The notes: generated by a model not told the origin, from the sequence alone. Numbered from the stretch's first letter, positions 37,131-51,509 are shown. The stretch is DNA of 64,000 nt from the human T2T-CHM13v2.0 reference genome, Homo sapiens (GCF_009914755.1 NC_060927.1); one strand, 5' to 3'. Translations and numbers: made by a program.

Positions 37131-38553
37131 AATGGAATTGTTACCTCATGGGGAAGAGAGGCTCACACTCCTTTGCTAAAATTCTGAACAACAAAAACAG
37201 TTTTGAGGAGGTTCTGGAGGGGGTTGGTGAGGAGCTACAAGGCAAGCTATTCCCAAAGCATAGAGTGGTAAGGGAGAAGGTCAGCAAAGAACTAGAGACC
37301 CGTGTTCTCTAGTTAAAAAATTCAGATCAAATGCACATAATACAACATTTAAAAAGTGGCAATGTGATGTAGCAAGGCCAAAAAAGGAAAAGTTTCCCTA
37401 AGCCATACATTCTTCAAATAATACCTGGGTAGTTGGCATAGTGCCAGGTGCTTAACAAGCTTATTTGGATTGATGTTAACATTAGGTAGATTGGGCTAAC
37501 TTCTCCCATTGATGAATAACACTACTGCTAGCATACTTAGCAATGGTCTCACATTTTCAATGTCTGGTATGCACAGAAAACAAAGCTAGAATGCCTGGCC
37601 GATAGGAGCATGTGATCAGCCCGTATACCTCGAGGCTATATGGACTAATGAACAATACATTCTTCAATAAATGAACAATAAATGAATTTTGGTGGAGTGG
37701 TGTGATGGCAGACTCTTGCCACCTTTAATTTACCTTGTCTAATTAGCACTTCAGCATACAGTATGCCTAACTTTCATAATTTACAACATTTTGGAATGCA
37801 GATTGACTAGAGAAAGACACAGACCTGTTCTGGCTTTTGTCTTTGCACCTAAGAGGCTGTGGGCTCTATCGTCAGTGGCAGATGATCCAGAAGCTACTCC
37901 CAAGGCCCTTCTGTAGACTGAGTTGTCTCAGCATCTAATTTATGTTTCAGTTGCTTTATTGGCTCCCTGTAAAGCAAAATATTGACAATAAAATTGCTAT
38001 TTTTGTCTTACCAGCTACCACATGGTCTTTGTTCCTCTGTCTTTAATGGTTGCATGCTCTTCTCTTCCAAATGCCTCCCTGTTCCCTTGACAGAAAGCCA
38101 CGGCAATGGTGGTTCCAGAATAATGTCTGTAATCTTTACCAGCAAACTGTCTATCCTGCTGACCCTGTGGAAAACTAGGAACATATTGAATATATCACAG
38201 AACAAATTAAGGGTGTGAGGTTTAATGCAGCCAAGGAAGTGATCATAATGCCACATGTCTGGGAACTTTGAGTGATTCTTAGAGCTTCAGCTTATAGAGT
38301 TACTCATATTGAAAATTGTAAATTTCAAAAAAAAAGAAAAAGAAATTGTACAGTTCAGCACTCACCATTTTTCAAGCTTGCTAAAAAAATGAATCCTGTT
38401 CAGTCTGATTGTTCCAGTGGACATTAGGCACAAGGGAAAAGGCAAGTGCTTGCTTAGATTAGTTCAGACATATGTCTGTCCTCCTGACTTATTACTAGCT
38501 AGAAAATTGGAATGATATTGCTCTTCTTATACCTTGTCAAAAAATTCATGCCT

Positions 38554-38841
<288 letters not shown>

Positions 38842-38874
38842 TTCATGCCTAAGAGACATACTGATTCAAACATG

Positions 38875-39060
38875 TATGTGAGTCCTAGAGTCAGGCAGCC
38901 TGCATGCAAATCCTGGCCTTGCCCCTCACTAGCTCTATGACCTTAGATGAGTTTCTTGACCTCTCAGATATTTGGTTTTCTTCTTGGTAAAATGAAGATT
39001 AAGGAGCTAATAGAGACAAGGCACCCATGTCTTATGTATAATCAGTCATTGTTATTATTT
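38875..39060 (+). mobile_element. MIR
   Basis: tagagtcaggcagcctg...caaatcctggc...cactagctctatgaccttag. Confidence 0.75.
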
Positions 39061-39094
39061 ATCAACTACTCTTGATCTAAATGTTCAATTAGTT

Positions 39095-39658
<564 letters not shown>

Positions 39659-39759
39659 AATTCATTCTTTTGGCGCTTTCAGCTTTTTCGCTAAGCTGTC
39701 GTACTGCATATGGGCTTCCATACCAGAGACCCTTCCTTTGATCGAGTGCAGGTAATGTC

Positions 39760-40075
39760 AGAACTGCATGGTAGACTTGCCAGAAATGTTTTTAACACTA
39801 TGAATGCCTGGGCTATGTGCTCTTGTTATTTGGTCGAGGATGGGGCTCTAGTCATGGGTGTTATTTATCCAAGCTCTCCAGATGATTCTAGTGAGCAGCC
39901 AGGGTGGGGAATAGATGTTAGTGTTTCTAAACTCACGTGAAGATAAAATTCATTGGGGGACACAATTTCCAGAGATATTTTCTGAAAATTTTGATTCAGT
40001 TTTGGGTTGCAACCCAGGTATCTATATTTTAACAAGCACTCTAGGTGATTATCTTCAGGTGGGTTTGGAAAACTT
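39760..40075. mobile_element. Two adjacent degenerate MER5-family MITEs
   Basis: caagctctccagatgattcta..gcagccagggt; tgattcagt...tattttaacaagcactctaggtgatt. Confidence 0.65.
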
Positions 40076-40512
40076 GTCCTCTCTTCCCCATCCTCTCCTT
40101 GAAATATGACTTGTTCTACCGGTTCTTCCCAACACCAAGGCTAGGAGACCCCTGCTAATCCTGTGAGTTCATCCATGTCAGGGCAGCCCCTTGTTCCAAT
40201 GTGCCATGGCCACATCTCTGGGGTGCCCTATACTGCTTAACAAGGTTACTTCTTCTAGAGTAGAGATTTTGAATATTGTCCTAATCTAGAAAGCATATAA
40301 CTATATGACATAGATTTTCCTGGGTTGTGTTGAAGTGTTATATCTCATTTTCAAAATAAGAATTCCAGTTTTGAATGAAAGAAAAGTGGTTACTCTTCTA
40401 ATCAGGTTGATGGTCTAGGATCAGGAAGATTTTCCATTTCTTGAATACGGAGGATAAACATAAATTATATAAGACCTGACATTTGTTTGTAAGTGATAGT
40501 AACTATAAGCTG

Positions 40513-40953
40513 GTGTAAGGAATACCTAGGCATCCTCCCATATTACCTTCTACTGAAGAAGCTAGAAAAGCTACTCACTGTTGCAGTTTCCATTGCAAAG
40601 AGGGCTGGACATGTGACATGGTTCTAGCCAATGAGACTTAAGCTGAAACCTGCACCATCTCTTCAATAAAGCTTGGTTTTCCTGGTAAAACTGATTCATA
40701 CCCTTTCATATTGTCTCCCTCTTCTTCCTACATTGAATACATCTGTAATTGTGAGGCAAAAAGCCAACACATTAATGAAGGTAGGAAAATATTGGAGGGT
40801 CTGGGGTCTTTGATGATTTTATTTGAACCACATTCCTCCTCTGGTCTGCCTTGTCTACAGACTACTGTTTATGTGATCTAGTCAAACCCTTTTGCCACTT
40901 AAACCACTCAGGAATTCTGTTACTTGTAGCCAAAAAGAGAATTCCTAACTGGG
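40513..40953 (+). mobile_element. MaLR solo LTR (MLT1I/J-like)
   Basis: catgtgacatggttctagccaatgaga...tctgttacttgtagccaaa...tcctaactg. Confidence 0.75.
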
Positions 40954-41409
40954 TATGTAAGTTACACTTTTGTTTATTACAGAAGTTGCAATGGTTAAGA
41001 GACATTAACACCCCAACATATTGATGTAAGCCTTCTGAATGAGCCAATCAGGGGGGCATTTTGCTGGCAGGTCTAAGAAACACACCGTTCACTGGCTAGA
41101 GACAGAATTGTTTCAATTAATAGATGGCAGACATTTTTAAAGAACATATGTGTTGGTGAACATGGCAGATACTTTACAAAAATAATTTTTAAATGGTCTC
41201 ATAAATTACAACCTTGATATGTTACAAAATCATTGGATCAGGGGATTCTATTGAATCAGTGAATGTATATCAGTAAGAAATATCTCTTTTAAGGGTTTTT
41301 ATAGCTTTCTCTACTGGATCTTCTTTGAGTTTGATTTACAGGGGCCATTTCTGCAGTATTTACTGACATAATCACTAATTACTAAGTAATCACTGTCACT
41401 GTACTTTTA

Positions 41410-41630
41410 TGGAAGCGTGTGGTGCAGTGGAAAATACAAGTATAGACTGTATTATTAAAGGTTCCTTACCTTTGTGATCTTAAGCATATCTCATAGCTCT
41501 GTGCCTCAGTTTCCTCATGTGTAAAGAGTAAATATTGCCTCTCAGCATTACTGAAAGGATTGAACATAATTATATGTGAAAATATATCTATCACAGAGCC
41601 TTGTACCTTGTAAGTAGTTGCCAAATATTC
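41410..41630 (+). mobile_element. MIR
   Basis: ctctgtgcctcagtttcctcatgtgtaaa core. Confidence 0.85.
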
Positions 41631-42744
41631 CCTTTCTCCTTTTAAAGCCACAGCTTGGATGTCTACCCATGCACAGCCAGCCCCTGAAAAAGGTTGTGCA
41701 TGGCTTCTTCCCCTATCTTTTTTCATTTTATCTCCTTCCTCTTAGCTCACTTCAAACATTCCTCTCTCTGTCTGGCCTATCTTTGTAGCCTCTGAGCAGT
41801 AGAAAAATATGAGATAAGTAAAGAACTAGTTTTACTTTGATATGCTAAGGAGTCAGACTGGAAACTTCCTAGCAACATGGCCATCCCATCACCTTTTTCT
41901 GAACTTCTTCAAGAAGTAACACTCTTGAGCAGGGGGAGAAAAAATAATTACCACCCATACACATTTTGATGAGAGAAGGGTGATGAGATTGGGGAGGAGA
42001 GGGAATGATTTAGCCTACAGAAAAAATATATAGTGGCATTACAATTAATCTTCCATAGGAATGGTTTCTAAAATTTGTGAAGAATGCTTCTATTTGACAA
42101 TCGAATTTTGTCAAATTTACCCAGAAAATCAAATAGTTCATTCATGCCTGGTTTGTCGTCTGCAATCCTTTGCAGTAATATATTTATGTAAATGTACAAC
42201 CTGTGGAATAATATTTGGTATATAATAAAGAGCATATATGCTAACCATAGTTCTACCAGAAAATGTGATTGTGGGTGAGTGACTTCTCCAAACCATTTCC
42301 ATGATGGAGTGATGCTCACAAACGCATTGCCAAAGCTGCATGGGAAAAGAGGCTAACTGAGGATATGGTGCAATCAAGTCCCACATTTTACTCCAGTGCT
42401 GGAATGCAAGTCATTCAGAGGGAAGACAGAATCACCCTCTACTATTTAAATTGTTTCTTTCTGTCTCCCACTCACCTCCCATACCCACAGCTCATACAGT
42501 TTACCTGTGCATGAATTAGATGCATGTATAACGTACCCTGTCTCTCTCTGTCCCTCTCTCCCACCTCCCCTCTCCCCATCTTTGTTAAATGAAGAAGGTC
42601 TCCATTTGCATGTCATTCTTTGGCTACAACTGTGTCATACTCCTCACAAGAGCAGAAGAATGCCATCTATACACTTAATGAAATTTTAACAACTTTACCC
42701 ATATGCATAAGCAGCAGAACATTTTTTTTTAATCTTAAATATCT

Positions 42745-43039
42745 GGTCAGGCACAGTGGCTCACTTCTGTAATCCCAGCACTTTGAGAGGCCGAGGTAGG
42801 TGGATCACCTGAGGTCAGGAGTTTGAGACCAACATGACCGATATGGTGAAACCCTGTCTCTACTAAAAATACAAAAATTAGCTGGGCATGGTGGTGGGCA
42901 CCTGTAATACCAGCTACTCGGAGGCTGAGGCAGAAGAATCGCTTGAACCTGGGAGGCACAGTTTGCAGTGAGCCGAGATCGCATCACTGCACTCCAGCCT
43001 GGATGACAGAGCAAGGCTCTGTCTCAAAAAAAAAAAAAA
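42745..43039 (+). mobile_element. AluSx-like, full length
   Basis: Both arms; TSD ttaaatatct / ttaaacatct. Confidence 0.95.
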
Positions 43040-44489
43040 TTGTTAAACATCTAACCTGATACGCATAGCATGATGAAACAGAGCAAATGCTCAATGGAGA
43101 CTAGTTCATCTGACAAACAGAGGAGTACCTCTGGAGCTGGTTTCAGGAAGGGACAGGATTCCCAAGGGAGAATAAGCCCAGCACTGACTCCCAGAGCCCC
43201 AATCCTGGCTGGCAGCATTCCACCTTTCCTTTGAACAGTTAAGCCAGTGAAAAAGGCCAGTTGTTTGGTTTCTCATGGTCTGAGTGCTTTGGGGAGGGAG
43301 TGGTTCATGTATAGACTTCTAAACATTCAGAATGACAGATGCCAGAAAAGATCATTCTACCTTGATCTGTGGTAAACTATGGACAAGAAAGAAAATTTCT
43401 CCTCCACCCTTCTAAGAAATCCAGCCTACTTTTCTTATGTATACATAGAGTACAATCATTTGAGAGAACAGCCCCAGGTTAGATATTGGTACACTGGTTG
43501 TGTATTCACAATGATCTTTTTAAACAGAATTCCAGGAGACCAGGAAAGAACTTCTTTGAACTTCCAAGAGAGTGCAATAATGTATTGCAAAAATAATCAG
43601 AAACAAAGAATCCAGCCTTCTAGTAGTTTTAGAAACCCAAGAGACAGGACCGCAGTGTTGGCTCTCTTTAGGAAAAATACCTAGACAACGGTGTGCATGG
43701 GAATAGTAATGTACAAACTGAATATCCACTACCCAAAAGGAATTTCTTGTTTTTGCTCATAAGGCAGTTTATGTGATATACGTTGGGGGTGAGGGGATGC
43801 TAATCTATACAATATTTTCCCATTTATAGAAGTGGGCAGTTGGCTCAGTGGCTCCATGTATATACTCAGATCCCCTTTGACTAGAGTGGCCTGGAAAACT
43901 CATTTTGTGTTCTCTTTTTTATGGAGATAAAGCTGGTCACACCGCCCATTTTGCCCCTTGGCTTTCCATTTGGCAGACACTAAATGCAGGTGCCGCATTT
44001 CTGAATTAAAGCACTGCATTTGGAGGGGGAAAGATGGAGCCTCCTGGAAATGGTTAGAGTTACAGTATGAGGGTAGTGTCTTCATCCTGCACAATTATTT
44101 GGTTTTGCTGACTTTCTTTGCATTTCCCTGAAGCAAATGGCAAGAACACTTTTTTCATTTAGCCTGCCTTAGAAATTTTGTTCTCTCTTTTCTTTAATCG
44201 TTCACAAAAGGGAAAGCTCCTTACCCCAGGGCAGGGAAAGACATTAAGTTTCACTGTACCAGGAAGAAATCCACCAACATCTTGTAATACTTTTCCTTTA
44301 AGAGCGTCATTTCTTTCTCCAGCTGCCTTCGTCTCTTTGATGCATAAGGGTACACTAAGTTGAATCTATAAACAGAACCCACTAATTAAGAGTAATTGCT
44401 TAGGAGATTGGTACAGACGATTCAGCATTATATGTGTGTTCTTCTCAGATATCCATTAGTTGCTAATAAGATACTACAGATGTGCCAGT

Positions 44490-44552
44490 CTGTTTCCTGT
44501 TTCCGTCTATTGTACCTTTATTGCCATATATGGACCAATCGGATGGGCGGAA
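44490..44552. promoter_or_regulatory. Candidate promoter/enhancer core: ETS-like sites, CArG box, CCAAT box, GC box
   Basis: tttcctgtttccg 44493-44505; CCATATATGG 44524-44533; ACCAATC 44534-44540; GGGCGG 44545-44550. Confidence 0.55.
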
Positions 44553-45954
44553 CAATAAGTGGATGTCCTTTTGCTCCCTGAACACGTCTCAAAGGAATGT
44601 TTGTTATTAGATTGCTTTTCTGTTTAGTTTCCCATCAGTATGTTAATACGGAAAACATAACACTGAGAAAGTTTTTGTGGCTTTTCTTCACTTCAGCTAC
44701 TGTTAACTGTTTTATTGTTTAATTAAATCCCTTTTTATAGATTTTTTTTTTAAAGTACAAAATGAAAGTATGCCTGGGCAACGTGAGCAGAGGGAAAATG
44801 ACATTCTTCTTCCCTCTCTCTTGAAAAGAAAAAGTTTCCATCTAAATGTTTTAAGTACTTAAAAATTCAGCATGAATATCATGTTGCTATATTTGACTGA
44901 TTTACACTTGAGGCTTGGTAAAAAGCCTATGAATTATTCATTCCCAAGTGATTCTATAAGCCAGAACACCAGAAATCATATCTCCCGTTGAAGTTTATAA
45001 AGTGAAATAGTTTAAATACTCTCTAGACATGTGGATGTCGGTAGAGTTGTTTTTTCTCTGATTTTGAATTGCTGTGCTTTCAACTCACTTGTCTTTTTAT
45101 TTTAGGAAAACTTGGCTAAAAATTTTACCCTTTTCCACTGCAAACCTAGTTGACATATTTTTAAGTTGGCACAAAATATTATGTTATAAAGCAGGTTAGC
45201 AGTTGGTACTTTCTGTTCTTCTTGGGTCCAAAGAGGGTTTATTTTGTGGCAAGGAAAAACTGTGAGGGGAAAATGGTTATCGACTGTCTTTTTCTTTTAT
45301 TTACAAAGAACTAAAATGTAGTAAACTATTCTTCATTTGATATAATTAAACACTGCTCCCAGGGAAGGAAAAAAATATGTTATTCCATGAAACATACATA
45401 TATTGTGTGTTTATATATAATATACATTTAATTATAAAATTATGTTTACGTACACATACATACATACATACACAGTAATACAACCAGCCTGGTACATTAA
45501 ACTGTTTAATATTTTTAAAGGCTCTACATATTAGACTCTACATAGTTCCTATATTTTGGAGTCTGTAATTGTGAGTCTTGGCAGCTGACATTTTATGGGA
45601 GTGTATTAAAATCATTTAAGATGCTACTTAGAGCAGTAATGCTTTGACCTATGTGAACATCAAAATTCATAAACAAAATAGGGTCAGGTGGAGCCACTAG
45701 CCAGATGATGCTTCCAAGAAAATCTAAAACTTCGGAAAATAGGTGGACTGCAGTGTTTGATACAAACTTCTTCTACACATTATTTCAAGTAGAACCATGA
45801 CAAACAGTTTGAAGGAAAAAAAGGAACAAACTTCTTCAGGGGAAAAGGACAGAATAATTTTGAATCTATTGATAAGCACTCTTCATTACTACTTTCATGG
45901 AATTCTTCATTGCTTGTCCAACATTCATAATCCAAACCAACCAAGTAATAGAGG

Positions 45955-45958
<4 letters not shown>

Positions 45959-45987
<29 letters not shown>

Positions 45988-46004
45988 CATGCGTGCGTGC
46001 ATGC
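45959..46004 (+). repeat. (GT)14 extended by gcatgcgtgcgtgcatgc; 46-nt alternating purine-pyrimidine tract
   Basis: Read directly. Confidence 0.97.
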
Positions 46005-46551
46005 TTTCAGTAGAGTAGAGGTGTCCTGAATGCTGATTCTTCACCAGGAAACATGTGTATAGCAATTACACACACAGAGAGGCACAAAGACACAGAGAAG
46101 TGTTGTTTTGTGCACGTCATCCGCAGACTTTTAACAAGCAATTTCCAAATCAGCTTAGTCATCAAAAATATCACTAATGAGCTGTCTGCCAAAATGTGGC
46201 TCAAAATCTCATTCCTTACGAAGGACATGCAGAGATAATTTCTTTATCGAGTTACCGCCATAAAGTACACTGACTTTAGTCCATTTGTACGACTTCTGCT
46301 GTTACCAAAGGACAGATCAGATACTGACAATTCAATGAGGTTAGGGTTGGAAAGTCTCGCCTAGAGTATCTGTGTGCACTGGGCCAATATAAAACAGTAA
46401 TAAGAATATATAACTATAATTAAACAATGTGAAAACCTTCTGAGTTGTTTGATAAATAGTTCGCTACTGTAGTTAAGAATGCTGTTTTTCAACAGTCAGG
46501 CCTAATATACATTAACAATGCATATTATGTACTCACTGTGGTCAGAGCACA

Positions 46552-46599
46552 GGCCTCCCAAAGTGCTGGGATTATAGGCATGAGATAACTTGCCCAGCC
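46552..46599 (-). mobile_element. Isolated 48-nt Alu 5' end
   Basis: ggcctcccaaagtgctgggattataggcatgag...gcccagcc with no further Alu sequence. Confidence 0.9.
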
Positions 46600-46652
46600 C
46601 TGTTTTGATTTTTGATACTGCAAGTGAGAACATGTGATGTTTATCTTTCTGC
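46600..46652 (-). mobile_element. Short L1 3'UTR fragment
   Basis: aagtgagaacatgtgatgtttatctttctg. Confidence 0.65.
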
Positions 46653-46989
46653 CACACTTTCCTCAACATTGTGCATTGTACTTAGCACAATATTCTGTTC
46701 ACAATATTCTCAATGAGGGCCAATTAAAGAGCCAGGCAAATTGGAGCTCAGATCCTGTTGACATTTACTGAGGCTTCTGAAGAATATGTTGTCTCTAAAG
46801 AGGTACATGAAGAATGCAGAGAATTCACACTACATTAAAGCATTTTGCATTGGACTTTATCTTTGTATGCTTTTCACTTTTATTATGCTCATTCCAAATC
46901 ACTCTCTTCTATGATTATGTGGATTTTTAAGAAGCCAGCTATGTTGTGTTACACAATTAAAGATATCTTATTGATTTTTCCTTTTATTC

Positions 46990-47830
46990 TATATGATTTG
47001 ACTTGTTTTCACATCAACCGGTGCTAATGGATATATCTGCTAGTATATATCCACAGGCATTTCAATTAACTCATCCAAAACTACGTTCATCCTTTCTGAA
47101 GCCTTTTGCTCCATCCGAGTTCCTTAGCTTGCTGAAGGGTACCGTTATTTGCTTGGTTTATAAAACCAGAATTCTGGAGTCAGCCTTCATTGTTGACTCT
47201 CCTTTAATCCCATGTCCAATCTATGTCTTATTCTATCTGTGCTACCCTCATTAATGTTCTTTGGATTCATCATGGCGGAGACCAAAGTCTTGGGCCCTCT
47301 CCGTGGGACCCTTGCAATAGTCTCCTGGCTGGTTGTCCAGCCTCAAAGCTTTGCTACCAATCCATTTTCCACACAGCTGCCAAAGTGGCCTTTGCATATC
47401 TCACAATGTCATGTCCCTACTTCAGACCTTCCAATGACTCACCAGTGGGTACATGCAGGAGAAAAGTCCAGTTGCCCAAACTACATGTGTAGGGTCTTCC
47501 ATCCAGATCCTTCCTTTCCATTCCAATCTCTTACTACTCCCCAGCTCAGAGTTTACATTTTCTATATTTTGTGCAGAAGGCCCTTGCCCAGTTCAGTTGT
47601 CACCTTTCCCCAACCAGTCCTTTGTTGGCTAGGTGTGCATCCTGTGTGCTTTCATAATACTCGCACCTACCTACATCTGAGCATGGCGCCAACCCTAAAG
47701 GCTTGTCTTTTCCCCAGTAGGCTGTGAGCTACTTGGGAGGAAGCAGGGGTGGCATGAGCATGGCTTTTACTTTTGTATTCCAACATCCAATGTAGGACCT
47801 AACACATAGCAAGTATTCATGAAACTTGCC
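46990..47830 (+). mobile_element. L2 fragment including 3' end
   Basis: cacaggcatttcaattaac...aaaccagaattctggagtca...taggctgtgagct...cctaacacatagcaagtattca. Confidence 0.8.
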
Positions 47831-49343
47831 CAATTCATTCAATCACTTGTTAACATTTTATCATTCTCACATCCAATTCTGTTATTTCTTCTCATTGCCA
47901 TTCTCTGATTTAGATTTTATCACTATTCTCTTTCCGTATGCATTATATTCCATCTAAAATGAAATATTGCTTCCCCAATATATCTGTCTTGTCTGCTCAA
48001 TTCTTTTTTTTGTATTTTTTAGCATTTTTCTTCCATGCTCTCTGTTCTGTCATGTCTTTTCTGCTTTCCTGCCATGAAAGTGATCACCCTCCCTTTTAGA
48101 ACTAATTCTCTTCCCCCTGATCCCAGCACACGTAAACTTTATTTGCATTGCATTGCTATTATTTTGTAGCAGTCACTATTCCCTTGTTAGATTGTGGGCA
48201 GGGATTGTTCCTCCCTTACTGTCTTCCCTCACGGGTCTATCTCAGTGCTTTGGTCATAGAAGGGGCTCAGAATTGAATTGGAACTGAACAGAATTGAATA
48301 AACTATCCGTTTATGAAATAATTTGCTTTAGAGTTGCTAGAATTAAATGACTGCTCCAGTGGCAATATTACTCTAACTCACTAATATCATTTGATCCACT
48401 GAGGAGCTAGTTAATTAAGTAGGTGGATTAAAAATATAATCTGGAGGAAGAATGTTTTGGCTGGGACCCACACACTTTTTTTCAAAAAGCTTTATGATCT
48501 CTCAGCTACAATTCCTCTTGATTTTCACCCAAAACAGCAATAGGACTCTTTCCACATGACTGTTGATGGCTGGCTTAGGAACACAAGGCCATACACCTGT
48601 GTGCCAGATGTGCTCTGCAGCCTGTCTGCTACCCCAGCCCATCTGCAAAGCATACCCCATGCTGGCTCCTTTCTATAGGAAAGGGGGCATTGGTTCCCAG
48701 CCTTTTTACATGATAGCTTCCCTGGTGTTTGCCTGTTTTCCTTAACTTAAAACCCCCTCCATTGAATTTCAATGTATTGGGTGACCTTTGCCAACACAGG
48801 AGGCCTTAGTTCATTTGTTTATTGGTGAGTCTGCTTTTTCTCTGTGTGCTTGATTTTTTGCCTGGCAATTTTTCGACTTGTATCACCATTTGTGAGAGTG
48901 CTGTTTGGTCTTCTGTAGCCAAACCAGCCACATCAGCATCAATAGTAGTTAATAGATAATCAGATCCTCAGAATTTCCATGTGGTGCCGAAGAATGTCGT
49001 CTGATACTGAATGTAACTTTAGCAGGAATGAATGGGATTTGATAACGAATGGGTCTGTGTTGATGGACACTGGGGACAAGGTAGCTTTGTGATCTTCTTT
49101 GTTTCTGTAAGAATGCCTCTGCAACTGAATTCAGCCCATTTCTATGCCAATGTGCTAATAGTTGTGGAATCTCATTCATCTCAACAGAGGCCAGTTAGCC
49201 CTGGAATCCCATCTGTTTGAGTGGATGCAGTAAAATGTCATGGAAATGTGGCCATTCATTGACATCACTAGTGAATGCTTTCTTGCTATTAATTTCCCTT
49301 CATTTTAACTGACTCTAATCACACAAATTCTAGCCCCAACTGC

Positions 49344-49371
<28 letters not shown>
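49344..49371 (+). repeat. A28 homopolymer
   Basis: Read directly. Confidence 0.98.
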
Positions 49372-49375
<4 letters not shown>

Positions 49376-50134
49376 GTTAGACTTTTCACTTAATTTTTAA
49401 TCCTAATTTTTAAAGTGCTTGTCCACAGAGAACAAAACAGTTATTTTAAAAATGTGCACAGAGTCTAAATGGAGATGCTCTCGTTCCTACAACACATTAA
49501 AAAAATGCTTCAGCCAGTATTTTTGAGTCCTTCTTGGCATAAGATGTCCAAGGCTGTATTTTGGCCCAGAGGAATTTTTAGGCTGATTATTTTTTTCCCT
49601 CCTGAAAGAGTTTAAGAAAGAGAAACAGGCTGAGTCTTAGCTAGAACAAGGCTAAAAGAGGTGCTGTCTCTAGCAGATTGCTCCAGTGACACAATAGTTA
49701 GGAATGTGGCAGGCCTTTCAGTTAAACTTCTGGCTAACTGGACAGCTGAAATATTGGAGCTAGGTCAGGCTAGAGATCGTAGCAGGCACTTGTAAAACCT
49801 CAGTCAGCGGAAATAATGACCACGTTCATACGTTTGTCATTTTCTTAATAAATCTCCTAAATTGATTTTTAAGTCAAGAAATTTGACTTCTAAAAAAGGA
49901 TGTATGTATGTGTATGCATGTAAACATACATCTGATATAAATAAATGAATGGATAAGTAATACAGGAAACAATAAGGTATCTGTTCAAAACAAATATGGG
50001 AAAAAGTGTTTTGTTCTGTTTCCAGCTATGTGTGAATGTGAACTGGCTTAAACATGCTTAAACTTATCAGGTATTTTCATGGAGTCAACAATATTAACAA
50101 AATTAACAATGTTAACAATATTAACAATAATTAG

Positions 50135-50523
<389 letters not shown>

Positions 50524-51509
50524 CTAAGTATCTATATTAACTCATTTGATCTTCTTCACAAATTTGTGTGCTAAGTCCTGTTATTTTCTCATTTTTTAAA
50601 TCAGAAAGCTGAGACTCGAGATTTTACTCTTTGCCTCTAACAGAAGCTTGATTGCTATGGTTTGTTTCCTTGAATAAGACTCACCTCTTTATTTGCACGG
50701 TGTGAATTCACAAAGCAATGTGCTGACCAACTTTAAATCAAACACACCAGAACTGATGCAGCAGACTATTGTTTATCCAGAATGTCTGTAATTTAACACA
50801 GTTTGAATTAATAACTTTTCCAAAGTGTGGTTATCTTGACTTCAAAAGAATGCACGTGTATAAATAGCAATTTTCTCCATAATGTGATATTTGCACCAAT
50901 GAAGTTAAACTACTTTAAACATAATTTCCGGCCCAAACACATAAGCAGCAAAGAAACATTACTGCTCATGTATTACCAGCCAGCCTATCAAGATAATACT
51001 GCTCTGTTTCCTTACAAACTTTCCTTCCCATATCTTTATCCTGGGGACTGGCTACCATAATTTTACCTGAGAGATCACACCATCACCTTATATCATATAG
51101 AAAACCAAATCATCCTTCAATTATTAGAATGCTATAATTATTGAAATATTAATCACTTAGAAATATTATTTTTCAATAGTTCCATGGCTTGCATTCTTTG
51201 TTACAATTGCTTATAATCTCTCCCATAAATTCAAGTGAGTGCTGTTGGCTTTCAAGCTGATCCTTGAAGAAGCTGTAGACCTATTTCAGTGATGCTACTA
51301 ATTATCAGATTGTCATTTGAATTCTTCTTGTTTTTTAATTGCCTTTGTAGCAAGTATTGGTTTTAGGGGGGAGGTGGTAACTCTTCTTCCTTAAGATATA
51401 TTTGCTTTAAAAGAATAATTTCAGAAGAAAGTCTAGTCAATAGGGGCAGAGAAGATTTGGGAATCAAAAATTGAAGTACAAATATAAAGTCATGAAATTA
51501 TTATCTTTA

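Noticed and set aside
47212-47727. Longest ORF (171 aa)
   Set aside because: Lies within a decayed L2; no recognisable domain or supporting splice structure
50686-50786. Minus-strand exon with GAG|GTGAGT donor
   Set aside because: Acceptor has a poor pyrimidine tract; indistinguishable from background
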